Source: Trichosphaerium sp. ATCC 40318 (Eukaryota; Protista; Tubulinea). Taken from it: a stretch of DNA of 64,000 nt. How positions within the stretch are numbered: the first letter of the stretch is position 1; every line of letters begins with the position of its first letter. Shown here piece by piece: positions 40,201-53,268 of the stretch. The DNA lies in contig JALMLS010000304.1 in NCBI GenBank assembly GCA_038496445.1, positions 543,501 to 607,500 of the forward strand, written 5' to 3'. The position numbers and the translations under genes are program-made. The notes beneath the pieces are model-generated. The model searched no databases. It saw only the letters and a program-made list of their open reading frames with translations, and was not told the DNA's origin.

Positions 40201-42075
40201 TGCCACAACGAACCTCAGAGCAGGATCTATGTGATCTATTCTATTGGTAGCTCCAATTACAACTACTTTGCCTATCAAAAGAATTTAGTACAAAAAAAAA
40301 ACTCGAATTGGGCGCATACCGCGTCTATCCAAGCCGTCCATCAACGCCAATAGCGTCGATACGATGGAGCTATGAATTTGGTCTTGTTTGCTTGACCTAA
40401 CTGGCGCTAATCCATCGATTTCGTCAAAAAATATGATAGAAGGTTGTGTTCTCTTTGCTTGCTCAAACAACAAGCGTAACTGACGTTCGGCTTCGCCGAC
40501 CCATTTACTCAATACATCAGCGCCTTTTCGCATATAAAAGGCGACACGCTGACCATACTATAGTATTCATGAGTATTACAGAGGCGACAAGAAAAAACGT
40601 ACCTGAGAACATTGATTGGCAAGAGCCCTCGCAACCAACGTTTTACCTTAAGGAATAAGCGTAATCCATCACGTGTGAAGCACGTACCAGTTCCCGGAGG
40701 ACCATAAAACAATACACCTCGAGGAGGATCAAGTGAAAAACGTTGAAATATATCAGGATACACTAAAGGGAACATTACCATCTCTTTCAACGCTCTAATA
40801 TGGTGATCCAACCCTCCTAGTTAAACCTATTAGACGCGCGAGATATTTACACCACTCACCAACAGACTCCCAAGTTATAGTTCTGTCAATCTTTACAGGT
40901 TGTATATCAGCTCTAACATGTTTGTCAATAAAGTTTCATTGTTATCTTATTTCGTACCTCCCACTTCCTCCATCATGGTACGGAAGTTGTTCACTAGCGT
41001 AATTTGGCATACTTCTCTTCTTCATTACAAAATCCTCAGAAGTTGAATCATCGTCACTCTGGCCCAAATTAAACCAAAATATCAAAAAAAAAAAAAGGAA
41101 AATAGTGTACAAATTTTTGAGGTTTTCTTCGCTTCCTCCTCTTTCCCTTTCTTGAGAAACTATGATACTGTCAATTCCTAAAATCTCTATATATTAAACG
41201 TACTGTGCATTGAGAATCTCCTTTGGAAGCTTGCTCCTTGTTAACCCTTCAGATTGGTAATTCAAAGGGTTGTATCGCTCAACTTGTTTTCTTTTTCGTG
41301 GCTTCTTTTTTTCGGGTTTTTTAGCGGTTGGAGTGCGATTTCGTAGTGGATAACGATGATGTGAATCGTCCGGGTACTCACATCGTTCATCCGAATCTGC
41401 TTCTGATGCAGAATATGAAGGAACTTGACCTGGGAGGTATGTATCGTCCTAGTTTTGGTTAAAATTGATCAATTGCAAATGTGTTCTTTGCCTCTGCAAT
41501 TGCTTCACTTTTGCTTGGTCCTTCTTTGCTCCGGCCTTCTTTGCTTGGACCTTCGTTGCTTGAGCTTTCTTTGCTTGATCCCTCTTTGCTTGAACTGCTC
41601 TTGGACTCATCTCCACTCATGCTGTCATTGGATTGAAGCTTTTGTTTCGGTGGAGTTGGGCGGTAACGAATCTTTCGCTTTGGTCGCTTTGGAGTAGAAG
41701 GCGGAGTAGGCTCTGCATACGATTTGGTGGTGTTGAGGCGAGTAGAGCGACGTCTTTGTGAGAGTTAAGAGAATATTTGCCGCGCTATTCACAACTTGCC
41801 TTTTAGGCGGTCCACGGCGAAATCCGCCCTGAACTTCGGCGTCTGCATCATTAGAACCGTTATCTGCACCGTCGACGCTGCCACTTTCATCTGAGTTCTA
41901 TTAAAGGTCACAAAACATAGTATAAACATATCGCAAGTGTATTGTATCAATAGCTATTTAAATTCATCGCATTGATTGAACGCAAATTTCTGTTGAAACA
42001 GCTATAGAAACACACTGGCGATATCGGTGGTTCACTTGCATAGTTCTCACTAAGATTTCTTGTACGTCTGGACAT
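37242..42075 (-). CDS. ATAD2/Yta7-like AAA+ ATPase with bromodomain and an extra C-terminal PHD finger
   Basis: PRGVLFYGPPGTG, RKGADVLSKWVGEAERQLRLLFE, IFFDEIDGLAPVRSSKQDQIH, second AAA domain, DYYDLVQEPIDL, C4HC3 PHD. Confidence 0.93.
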
Positions 42076-42201
42076 TTACTGCATAACCTCTTGTTTTGGC
42101 GTAATGACTACCGTGAACGAATTGTTTACTGTGGATTAGGTGTAAAATAGAAAACTTAAATGCTAACGATTATAAGGCAGAGTGAACGTGATTGCCGAAT
42201 T

Positions 42202-44821
42202 ATGAAGCTCCACTACTGTTCGATGGCTTGTAAAGTGTAAACAGGTACTGACATACTAAAATACGCGACTGTAATCCAATTTACCCAGTCTGGATGCGAA
42301 ATACCGTAAAGTTGGGCTATTGGAACCACAAAACGAACCAGCGGTCACAATTTGAGCGCGTGGGCGAATCGCTGCGGGTTACAACATTTGACCAATGGTA
42401 TACGCTCACGAAACAGTCTGTGCATTTAGCAGGTGGCGGTACCGTAATAAACAAGTGAGTGTCACCAAGTCTCAAACTAGTTTACCTAACAGGGAAATAG
42501 ATACAGTGGATCGCTCGCACGAGCTCTCAAGTCACTATATCCTACGTACGGTTGGGACGTATTTTCATTTAGGTACCAAAGTTTTTGAGTTGTATTTTGA
42601 TTGGCCGTACTAATTGTGAGTACATTAGAGCTGCACCTCAAAGTCATTGGCTCAACAAAGAAAATCAATTAACAAGATTAAATGACGTTGGAGAATCACT
42701 GAGTGTCAAAACTATTGATGAGTGGCAATCAGTGCCTTTGTTTAAAATGGAAAACTTATTCTCTTCACTGATTGGCCGGTATAATTGCTCTTATTATCTA
42801 TCCGCACGTTCTAATACTTTAGCCATGGGTCAGTTCCCAAGATGTTGCAGAATGTATACAGTCAATACACGTTCCATAAAAGCATAAACGAAATGAAACC
42901 TGTAAATAGTAACAAACATGACCCAAAACCAAATGGCTTGAATACCCTTGCAGAGTCTTACGGTATTAAGACTCTCGACTCTTGGTACACGTCAATGGAA
43001 GAACTTCCAGAGGAACACCATGATGCATACCAAGCGTACGTAAGCTATTTTAATTTAGTACTAAGATATTAGGATAGTCGTCACAAGTTAGTTCATACGT
43101 TAAAGACCACCTATCCAGAATTCAAATGGAAACAAACAAAATTCGAGTATGTTCACCTACCAACTTTTATAATACTCATGTTTCCAGATGGGTTCCGCCA
43201 AGACCGGAAGATGTTAGAAAGCATCGAATAAAATTTGGTGTAATTGCTGAAGAATTAGGCTTAAAAATTTTGGATAATTGGACTTCGGTTGTTAACACAG
43301 CCCAGCAACACTTAGCTCTTTGGCGCATAATACGAAGGTGCTGGGTTGTATAAATTATAAGTGTAGCTGACAAATCAGATATTATAAGGGTGTATTATAT
43401 GACGCAGTGTCAACAATTTATTCAGAACACAAGTGGCATCCACTTGATTTCAAGTAAGTATTTAAATGAGTCTCATACCGCGATTTACGTTGATAGAAAA
43501 GACAAGTGGGGTTGGGATGCATCGAAACATAAAGAGTATCTCGACAAAACTGCAGAGAGGCTTGATATAAAAGAGTTTGAAGAATTTTCTCAAGTGGGAC
43601 ATACATTACTGAAGGAAATGGGTTGTGCTCACATTATTCAAAGGTTGAATAATTCATATCGTAATGTGTTTAACTTTTTATTGTAAGGTATAATGGCTCC
43701 GTTTCCGCGACTTTGGCAACACTCTTTCCTGAGTACCAACAACCCTTTGGGTTTAGGTAATAAAATTTTGATGTAGTTGCAACGTAATTAAAGAGTGTGT
43801 AGGAGTGCACAAACACCAGCCAAAAAGATTATTCGCAAGTGCGTGCAAGCACTTTGGGTTTTTTTGTAATTTGGTCTTAGGTACAGAAAAGTAAAATTTT
43901 GGGATCTGCCAGAAAATGTTGAGGCGTTCATGCGCAAACTAGAACTCAAGCTATCGATCAAGAAACCAGATGCATGGTAGATACCAGATTTGTCTTACAA
44001 TACTGATATTTGTAGGTATCGTATCTCGGTTGATGAGATTCGAAAGGCAGGAGGTAGCGCCGTGTTACCTCGTTTCAAACGTGCTTTGCAGATTTTACAT
44101 CCAGAAAGAAACTGGGACTTGCAAAGCGTAAAGCATTTACAAGCAAAAAAGACAAAGCAATGGCACGTCATTGTGTATCACTCTATTTGCTTATAATAAC
44201 AGGTACTTGATCGAATGCGTCAAGATGATATTTTCCGATGTTGTCATAATAGAGGAACACACGATAGACGTTAGGGAGAAGAGCGGTAACCTGATTAAAC
44301 TGGATATATTTATTCCAGCTTACAATTTGGCGCTTGAATATCAGGGTACATTTTTGTCTGCAACCTCAGTGACTAATCTCGTACAAAGGGGAACAACACT
44401 TTCACGCTGTGTTCCCAACGGCAGCTGTACCAGAAGTAATCAGTATGCTCGATATCGAAAAAGCACAGCTTTGCGAAAATGCTGGTACGTTATTTATTAG
44501 TTAAAACAATGCTCACACGCGTAGGTATTCATTTGGTACCAATACCATATTGGTGGGATGGTACTGATTGTTACAACGAAGTGTTCTCACTAACGATACT
44601 CTAGGAGACACAAGCAGCGTAGCGGCAACGATTAAATACTACTGCCCTTGGCTTTCCTTTTTAAAGAGTTCAACACAGCCTCTGTTGTCGCCCGAAAACG
44701 ACAAGTTTTATGAAAAATCTGGTACGCAACCAACGAGTGCTAAAAATGATTCTTGCGTAACACTCGCGTAGAAAAAACCAAACGGAAAATAATGTCGCCC
44801 TCCTTTGCTGCTACGATGTAA
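42202..44821 (+). CDS. Six-repeat Trp/Tyr-rich tandem-repeat protein with C-terminal PD-(D/E)xK-like (DUF559/RAP-like) nuclease domain; start codon uncertain
   Basis: Six ~70-aa repeats followed by LDIFIPAYNLALEYQGEQHF...DIEKAQLCENAGIHLVPIPYWWDG. Confidence 0.8.
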
Positions 44822-45353
44822 TATGTTGTTTCTTTCCACGTACTGCACTTCCACGAGCACTTCTAAATTAGGTTTACTGCGTTTTGGTACAAATCACACT
44901 CGTTTACCAAAAACTCAAGTAGGCCTGGTTGTGTAATAATGTACGTTTTGTCTAAAAGTGCAGTTCTCATTCCTTTTTACAGCAAATCGCGTCATTTTTA
45001 TATCCTTTGTCAGTTAATGTCAAAAAGATCACTGGCAATGCTCATAGTTCGCTACTACTCCTTTATAGCGCCTAAACGGCTTGAAGAAAATATCGGACTC
45101 ACTAAAAAAATCCTGATAACATTATTTTTTGGTACATTAACTGGTTTCGCAGCACCTACGAGTAGCATAATACCTCTTACTAAACAAGTACGTACTCTCA
45201 GCCTTCCGAACGTTTCATAGCTGTTTTTTTGTTAAAATCAGTTTTTAATGTGCTGAACTCCCTTTTTACGCCAAATATAAGGGTTTTTGCCAGCGGTTAA
45301 TCACTCCGAACACACAAGCGTATCTTTTTAATATTTAACTAACTCCTTGTAGA

Positions 45354-48300
45354 ATGTCATCAAGCGATTCTGAATCTAGCTCCTCTAGCAGTTCTAGCTC
45401 TTCTTCTAGCAGTTCGAGCAGTTCTTCTTCCAGCTCTTCTTCGAGCTCTTCCAGTTCAAGCTCCTCGTCATCTAGCTCTTCTAGCTCCAGCTCCTCGTCA
45501 TCTAGCTCTTCATCGAGCTCCTCGTCGTCTAGCTCTTCCAGCTCCTCGTCGTCTAGTTCTTCGAGCTCTTCAAGTTCGTCGAGTTCGTCGAGTTCGTCGT
45601 CGTCATCTAGCTCCTCATCGTCGAGTTCTTCGTCTAGCTCCGGCAAATCTAGTAGCTCGAAAAGTTCAAAAAGCTCCAAGAAGTCAAGCAAATCAAGCAG
45701 CTCCAAAGGATCGAAGGGTTCCAAAAAGTCCGATAAATCCGACGTACGATTGCCGTAGTGTAATTTTGACACTAAACTCAGTGGTAGAAGAAAAAGTCTG
45801 ATTCTGACGATGAATCGAAAGAGATAAAGGACGTCGACACAGAAACTAAATCCGATAAGGAGGAAAAATCTGGCAAGGAAGAGAAATCTGACAGCGAAGA
45901 AAAATCTGGCTCTGGAAAGGAAACAAAGGACGACGATTCTGAGGTACGTACACCGCCACTTTTGCGTCTATTTTTTCGTATTCTCACGTGTAATAGTCTG
46001 GCGAAAAAAAAGACAAGGACAAGAAAGACAAAGACAAGAAGGACAAGGATAAGAAGGATAAGGACAAGAAAGATAAAGACAAGAAGGGTAAAGACAAGAA
46101 AGACAAAGACAAGAAGGGAAAAGACAAGAAGGATAAGGACAAAAAGGGCAAGGACAAGAAAGATAAAGATAAGAAGGGTAAAGACAAGGATAAGAAAGAC
46201 AAAGACAAGAAGGACAAGGACAAGAAAGGAAAAGACAAGGATAAGAAAGACAAGGACAAGAAGGGTAAAGATAAGAAGGATAAAGACAAGAAAGGCAAGG
46301 ACAAGAAAGATAAAGATAAGAAAGGAAAAGACAAAGATAAGAAAGATAAAGACAAGAAAGGCAAGGACAAGAAAGATAAGGATAAGAAGGGCAAAGACAA
46401 AGATAAGAAAGACAAAGACAAGAAGGACAAGGACAAGAAAGATAAGGGCGGTAAGGACAAAGATAAAAAAGACAAAGATAAGAAGGACAAGAAGGACAAA
46501 GATAAAAAGGACAAGGACAAGAAAGATAAGAAGGACAAAAAAGACAAGAAAGAGGTCGAAGTCAGCGGAGAGGTAACTTTTTTTGTTTTTTTGTTCGAAG
46601 CTAATCACTTTTAGCCTGCTGAAATGTTCGCAGTTGTTGCGTCCAACATGTCGGGATTGAAGACACGCTACAGCGAACTTCAAGCCAAGTACAAGTCATT
46701 GCAAAAGGACTACGATACATTGCGTGCTGCTGTCGACAAACGCGTATGTTTAGAAATTAGCTGACTATCCTCTGCATCGCTCACTCTTTTCTAGGAAGCT
46801 GAAGAGAAAGCCGCTGCCGCAAAGGCTGAGGAAGCCAAAAAGGCTGCTGAAGCTGAAAAGAAGGCTGCTGAGGAAGCTAAACAAGAGTCGGAGAAAGAGA
46901 CCGAGAAACCTGTACGTTTTTTTTTTGATTTTTAAGTGGAACTAACACGTCCAGAGCGTCGCTGGAGGTACTGAAGTTAAGACTCCAGCCGCCGAGGCAT
47001 CCGTCGAAGTAAAGGCACCAGCTGCTGAAGTATCCGCTACTACTGTACGAACAAAGTTTGATATCGTGCACCACTAACTCACGTAGGAAACCTCTGCACC
47101 TGCTATACCTGCAGCTACTGTTGCTACGCCTGCTACTAGTACTTCACCTGCCGCTACACCAGCTACACCAGCTACACCAGCCCCAAGCACTGATAAGGCC
47201 GAAGACAAACCAGCTGAGGAGAAGAAAGATCCTAAGGTATAATTTTACCTAGTAGTTAGTTCTGTATCGCAATAATGCGTTGTTTGTTGTTAAAATAATA
47301 CGTATTGTTAAAAAAGTTGTTTTTGTTGTAAATTGTGAGAAACCGTTGTTGCTCACGAAAGTCTTTAAGAAACAAGTAAAGGAGGGCAAAAAAGAAGCTA
47401 TTGAACAAGCAGTTGAACATAAAAAACAAGACAAGCCAAAATCGGCTAGTTCTTTGTGGAAACGCGTTGGTGGTTCTCAAATGGTTGATACAGTGCGTTG
47501 AATACAATGTAAAGTGCACAAAACCAACGTTGGGTTTTTTTTTGTAGATTGCTGTTGGCGGTAATGACGGTGAATGCGTTTGGGCAATTAATCGTGCAAG
47601 ATGTCTTGTATTCCGTTTGGATAACGGTAAATGGACACGAGTTGTTGGTAAACTCGTAAGTATTGACGTTGGCACTGATGGCGCTGTATGGGGCTTGTCA
47701 TCTACTGATGAGGTATTCGTTTGGAAAGCCGATAAATTTGAAAAAGTTCCAGGTAAAGAATAGCCGTTTTTATCGGTTTAACGTCTTCCCTAGGGTGTTC
47801 TTTATGTCACATCTCTGTTGGTAACGCACAGAATGTTATGGTGAGTTAACAGTTTGACGATTAATCAAATATGTCAAGAATTTCTTACAAAAAAAATAGG
47901 GCGTTAACAAAAAGAACGAAGTCTTCAAGTGGGACGGCAAGGCTTTCGCTAAATTCGAGTCACCAGCGTTTATTAAAGTGTCAATAAGTGCTGATGGAAC
48001 AATATGGGGTATTTCTAAGTCTGGTCAAGTACGTAATGAATAGTGAAGTCGAAGTGTCACACATTAACTTTCTTTTTCAACAGCCTCATTGTTGGGTTGC
48101 TGGAGCATGGAAGAATATGCATGGTAAGGCCAACGAGATATACGTTGGATCTTCTGACAATATTATTTCATTAAATATGAATCTTGGTATTCCTGCCATA
48201 TGGACTGGAAGTACATGGTACGAAAGTTTGACAACTAAACTTTTTCTCGACTTTTATTAATTTTAACTCAAATTAGGAAAAAAATGGTTAGCATGCACAA

Positions 48301-48379
48301 GTTCAAGAGTGTATGTATTAATCAAAATGGTCATGTATGGGGATGTGATAAACAATCCATTGCATGGTCAAAAAAGTAA
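45354..48379 (+). CDS. Poly-Ser, (K/D)n and coiled-coil protein with C-terminal tectonin beta-propeller
   Basis: In-phase splicing links the low-complexity exons to repeats IAVG..VWAIN, IDVGTDGAVWGL, ISVG..VMGVN, VSISADGTIWGI, INQNGHVWG. Confidence 0.75.
45357..45641 (+). repeat. Coding poly-serine tract (about 90 Ser)
   Basis: Mixed TCN/AGY codons. Confidence 0.95.
46004..46552 (+). repeat. Coding Lys/Asp repeat (KDKDKKDKDKKG)n, about 180 codons
   Basis: Degenerate purine-rich AAG/AAA/GAC/GAT tandem array. Confidence 0.95.
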
Positions 48380-48534
48380 ATCACCAACAGGAACTTAAGT
48401 TTCAATAAAACCTGGTTCAGAGATTGAAGTGATTTTATTTTATTTCTTGACGAGCAAGAAAGTTTGTGAAAAAGTTTTATTTTAAGGGTCCTTACAAAAC
48501 GTGATAGCCTTACTCTTTGTTTTTATTTACCTAA

Positions 48535-51503
48535 TTATTCAGCATATCCCATAGACCAGAATTCATCAGGTGAGAATGGCGACGGGCATTTGTCCTTGTA
48601 GAACTTGTTAAAAGTGAATTTTGTGCCAAACAAATCATTTTCTTGTATAATGTAATCAGACACTTTGCCTTCTACAACATTTGGACTGTTCATATTATCA
48701 CCAACAAGGTTTGCTGGTAGTCCTGCAGTCTGACCAAGAACGCCATGTGGCAAAGGCGAATCTTCACCAGCCTGATAAGCGGCCTACAGTTTTTAAGATT
48801 TTGTATGTTTTTTATGTTAGTACCTTGAAATTAATGTGACATGTTGAGTGCCTACTAGACGAGAACCTCATTGAGAATTTATACCCAAACTTTGTGGAAA
48901 TACGTGTCTTGCCATTTTGAAGGCCAGTTCTAATATCACGTTAAATACAATTACCACTTATGTCATAATGAGGATCGTACTGTATAACTGTTACTGAACC
49001 GAGATCGTGGAATTTTCCTACCTCCATTTGTTTGCCATTAAGAAGAACGCTGATTTTTGTTATTAATTTTCTATTCTAATTACGCAAGATTATATTGTAC
49101 CTCTTAGTTCCTTCAACATCCCTATTACACTTGAATTCCACTTTAATTTCTGGATCATCACCATTACATATTCTAAATCCCAAAGCACCAATGTAAGTCT
49201 TATTCTTTTGTTCACGTAGATCAGCATCGACAAAGAGCGCATTCACAGTGAGTGCTTCATCAGAAATAAGGCTATGAAAAAAACAATTAACAAAAAAGGT
49301 TGGGATCACGTGGTAAGTTTTTTACTTGAAGATCTTGTCCGGTACGCCATGGAAATCGTATTTCTAAATGGAACCCTCACTTAGATGGTAAAGAACGTGA
49401 TGGTTATTACAATACCTGTCCTTTTAATCCTCGGAAGTGAGGATCACCAGATACTGTTTGTTGTTGTTGAATCGTGAACATAATGTTAGCTGCAAGTGTT
49501 CGCAACGAAGTCGAGGTAATTCTCGTTTCCAAGTTGTACAAACCTACATACAAAGTAAACAAACATGTTATCATTTTGTGCGATAATGTGTACCAGGCAT
49601 TATAGGGAAAGCATCACTCAAGAAAGGCTCTACGTTATTGGAAGACAATCTAAAACGAAATTAATGAAAAAAAAAACGAACATCGCTTGGAGCACGTGCA
49701 TCAGGTTAACACCATTTGGAAGTGTTACAAAGTACTCTACAGTGGCAATGGTATTATTGGTTACGTTAACTTCAGCCATAGCCTGCAAGGTGCCATTTAA
49801 GAACATCTCAAGCTCGAAAACAGAACCGTCATTCAACTCAAACTCAGAGGTTCCATCAAACAAACTTAGCCCCAAGAGTGCCTACAATAACATTAAACAA
49901 TCAGCGTTTTGATGCACACTTACGATCCCTTCTCTTTCAGCGATTTGAAGTGAGCTAAAGAATCTAGCAGGCGAAGGGCCAGAGAAAATAGGAGCGCCAT
50001 TTGGTAAAGCAACACCTACGCCAGCGTCAAAAAAATCCTAGTAATAGTACTGCGTGCCTGCTGCGCTCTCAATAATTGCGGTATCTATATCTACTGGATC
50101 CCTGCCAACGCTACTGTATTCGAAGCACATCCAAGCATCTGATATTGCATCCAAATCTGTGCCTGAGCCCATGAACTATGGGTGTAAGACAACGAACGAC
50201 ATATAATATCCTTAGTTAGGTACTTACTTGGCCAGCAAACCCAAACCAATTATCTAAACCAAGAGGGCGAGCAGCGTTCTCAAAACCCATAGCAGTGTTC
50301 TCGTTAGTACTAAAAATGTATGGGATAGGGCTACTGAAATCAGGCTCATCGCCGTCGATAGCACTTTGGAAAATTGTTGCACTATTAACCTGAAACGGGT
50401 TTTTAGTCAAAATCGCATGAGTAGTTTCTAACTTACAACTACGTTTTCATCGCTAATGCCTATACCACATGCACATGTATCATCCACAGAAGACGGTGTA
50501 GAGACTACGGAGATGCAATAATAGTTGTCATCTGAAAAGATATCGTTAGGTTATACATTATTAGTTTAGAATCACGTGCTAGAAAAAACGCAAGGTTCTA
50601 TAGTGTCTCCAGTGTTTCGTTTCTTGTCTTCACTTATACTTCTTTTTTGAACATCAAGATTTTGTGGAGCAACTTGTACGCAGTTGATTCCATCCTCGCT
50701 TGATTGATTGCAATCGTAACCAGGGTTACAATACAAACCAGGATCTGACTGTGACAACATCATGCTGCATGTGCACTTGCTGTACGCTTCTGACACTACA
50801 TCACCATTGGCTTCACAACAACTACCACCACAACTATTTCCACAATCGCTTGTTGCTTCAAAGACGTAAGTGCCTTGCTATAAAGAGAAAAAGAAAGTAC
50901 AAGGAGTAAACGTAGAAAATGCGCCATCGCAATTCTCCAATGCTGTATTTGCGGTACAGACACCATCAGAACAACAACTACCAGTAACTAAACTGCTATT
51001 AGGTCCAAAACCAGATATTAGTATGCGCACGTGTTGGACATGTTTGTGTGCTCTCCAATGTGTTCCCTGGTGTACACGCGTAACCAGGTAAAAAATTACA
51101 ACTGCAAAGATTGCTCGTTGTTGTACTACATTCTTGTCCTTCGCAGCAAGCACCTTATGATTCTTATTAAAGGAGGCCAAATAAATCTTTAATTTTAACT
51201 TAAAATAAACGTTGTATTAAAAATCTACATACCGCACGTGACGCCGTCCGAGCAGCTTTGTCCTGAAATGATGTTAATCTAAATTGTAGAAATAGTATAA
51301 AACTTATTGTCTCATTTACCTCTGACGAAGTTTCCGTCTGGCCCACAGTCCTCAAAAGTTGTATCCACGCATCCAGATCCTAACATACCATTTGGACGCA
51401 AAAAAGTACGGCAACAACTTCCTTCGGCATCAGATACAGCTGGAACTGTCACACAAGAATAAGATAAAGCTATGCAAACAGCCAACAATACAACGAGATG
51501 CAT
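48535..51503 (-). CDS. Secreted Cys-rich protein with C-terminal GDPH-containing VWD/root-cap-like domain
   Basis: Signal peptide MHLVVLLAVCIALSYS; repeated GSCC motifs; VSGDPHFRG..YDFHG, LISD, PHGVLGQT. Confidence 0.7.
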
Positions 51504-51654
51504 CTCGTCACTGAGAATTAAAAAATGAAACTAAATGTGACTGCCTAAGTCAACTTTGTTTTTTTTCCTTTTTTCAGAAAAAGCATCTTCAACACTTTGG
51601 GATACCAAGAAAGAACACTTGTTTTTATATTACATTTTTATTTTATTTTATTCA

Positions 51655-53184
51655 TTATTCATGGTAGTATGGGAAGACTTCAAAGTCTTCGTATAACAAG
51701 TTACCGTCCATGTCGTAGTGTAACTGTTCATAACATTGTGCACAAAAAAAGCATTGATTTGTATTTGCTAATTTATCACGATACGTGACGTAACGTGCTC
51801 CAAGTTTCTTGCATACCATACACTTACGCCTTCTAACTTTTGATTGAAATATCTTGATAGGATAAAGATTTGCATTTTGTTCATCTGTATCGTTGAACAG
51901 CCTAGTGGCACTAACAGTAAGTAACCGAAACTGGAAAAAAAAAACACAAGAAAGTTGCACTCACCTGACTTCTGTGAATATCATGTAATGTTGGCAATTT
52001 CCTTGGTGCATGTATACATACTTTTTATTTACATGAAATCTAGGGTTAGGATTAGATTTAGGTTTAAAAAAAAGATAAAAAGTAGTGAATAAATAGGCCT
52101 TACTTTAAGTCAAGAAATTGTACTTTGTCTATCATCTTCTTCTTAATCTCAGACACATCCCTCACCCCATAGTCTCTCATATTTTCCTCTGAATTGTGCA
52201 ATTTCATCCACTTTATAATGAGCCTGTGTAACATTAAAATTGGCAGTCGGGATAGCGAAGACGTGTCACTGAACATAAGTGACAATTTTCAGAAAAAATG
52301 TGTGTCAACGATGATGCAAGACTTTCTTTGTTCTTGATAAGAAACGGATAACGTTTAGCATGATATAAACTACGTACTCACTATAATCAAGAGGCTTGCG
52401 TGAAGGTCGTACGCCATGATCGTCTATTTCATCCTAAGAGTTGTAAGAAATTCCAAAGGATGGTATTGCGTACTTCACTGTCTTCCGAGTCACTTATATC
52501 ATCTGGTTTATCTGGTTCGCGCATATCCAAATAAAAAGTACCTTCAATGAAGAAAAAGCCACCATTTGAGAGATGTGGTTTCAGTATGTGCTCGCTGAGG
52601 CAATAGATCTTGTCTTTAAGTTCCGACAGTAACGTACTGCCCAAAACAAGGTGCTCCTTGATGCAAAAGGTTAAATAAGGTCAAAAACAAAAAGAAAAAA
52701 AATTATGGGAGAAACGTACTTGAACTTTATGACTGGAAGCTGGGTGGTATATAGCTACACTTATTACTAGGTCGTCTTTTGCGATTGGTTTGAAAGGCAG
52801 TCCTTGTGGCTTGTGTGTAGAAACGTAATTTACCTCCTTTTTGTCTTTTGACGGCACCAACGCTTGCTGTACGCTATGTAGTTTACATTGTTTCGTTCGT
52901 TGGTGTATTTCTTTTATTGTTATAATAGGAGCGAGCTGTATGAACATAGCAGAGTCAGTTTTAGGGTTCTTGAAGAACGAGTTGTCCTTTGCAAGCTGTT
53001 CATCAATCTTGGAGTTAATTAAATCAGTTGGAGGCAAATAAACTAATTTTTCCACGTTTATATCAACTGAGCTGGTTTGCAGCGCTTCTTTCATCCATTG
53101 ATCGACTTCACCCACTCCTTTGGCTAATCTGTCATTTGCTTGCTTTTTAAACGCTTTCAGGTTTATAAGAGGGCCTTGCGCCAT
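51655..53184 (-). CDS. SNAPC3: snRNA-activating protein complex subunit 3 (SNAP50)
   Basis: GFFFIEGTFYLDMR, YMHQGNCQH, CMVC...FCAQCYEQLHY (zf-SNAP50_C). Confidence 0.9.
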
Positions 53185-53268
53185 CAAGCACGGTACTACG
53201 ACTCTACAACTTTATTTAAGGCACTCACTTAAATGATTGACGAATGGTCTCAACTATGTTGTTCTACA

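Noticed and set aside
45335-46683. Long minus-strand and alternative-frame ORFs (E/L/D-rich, F/L/V-rich, SFL, RTK)
   Set aside because: Shadows of the poly-Ser and KD coding repeats, which lack stops in other frames.
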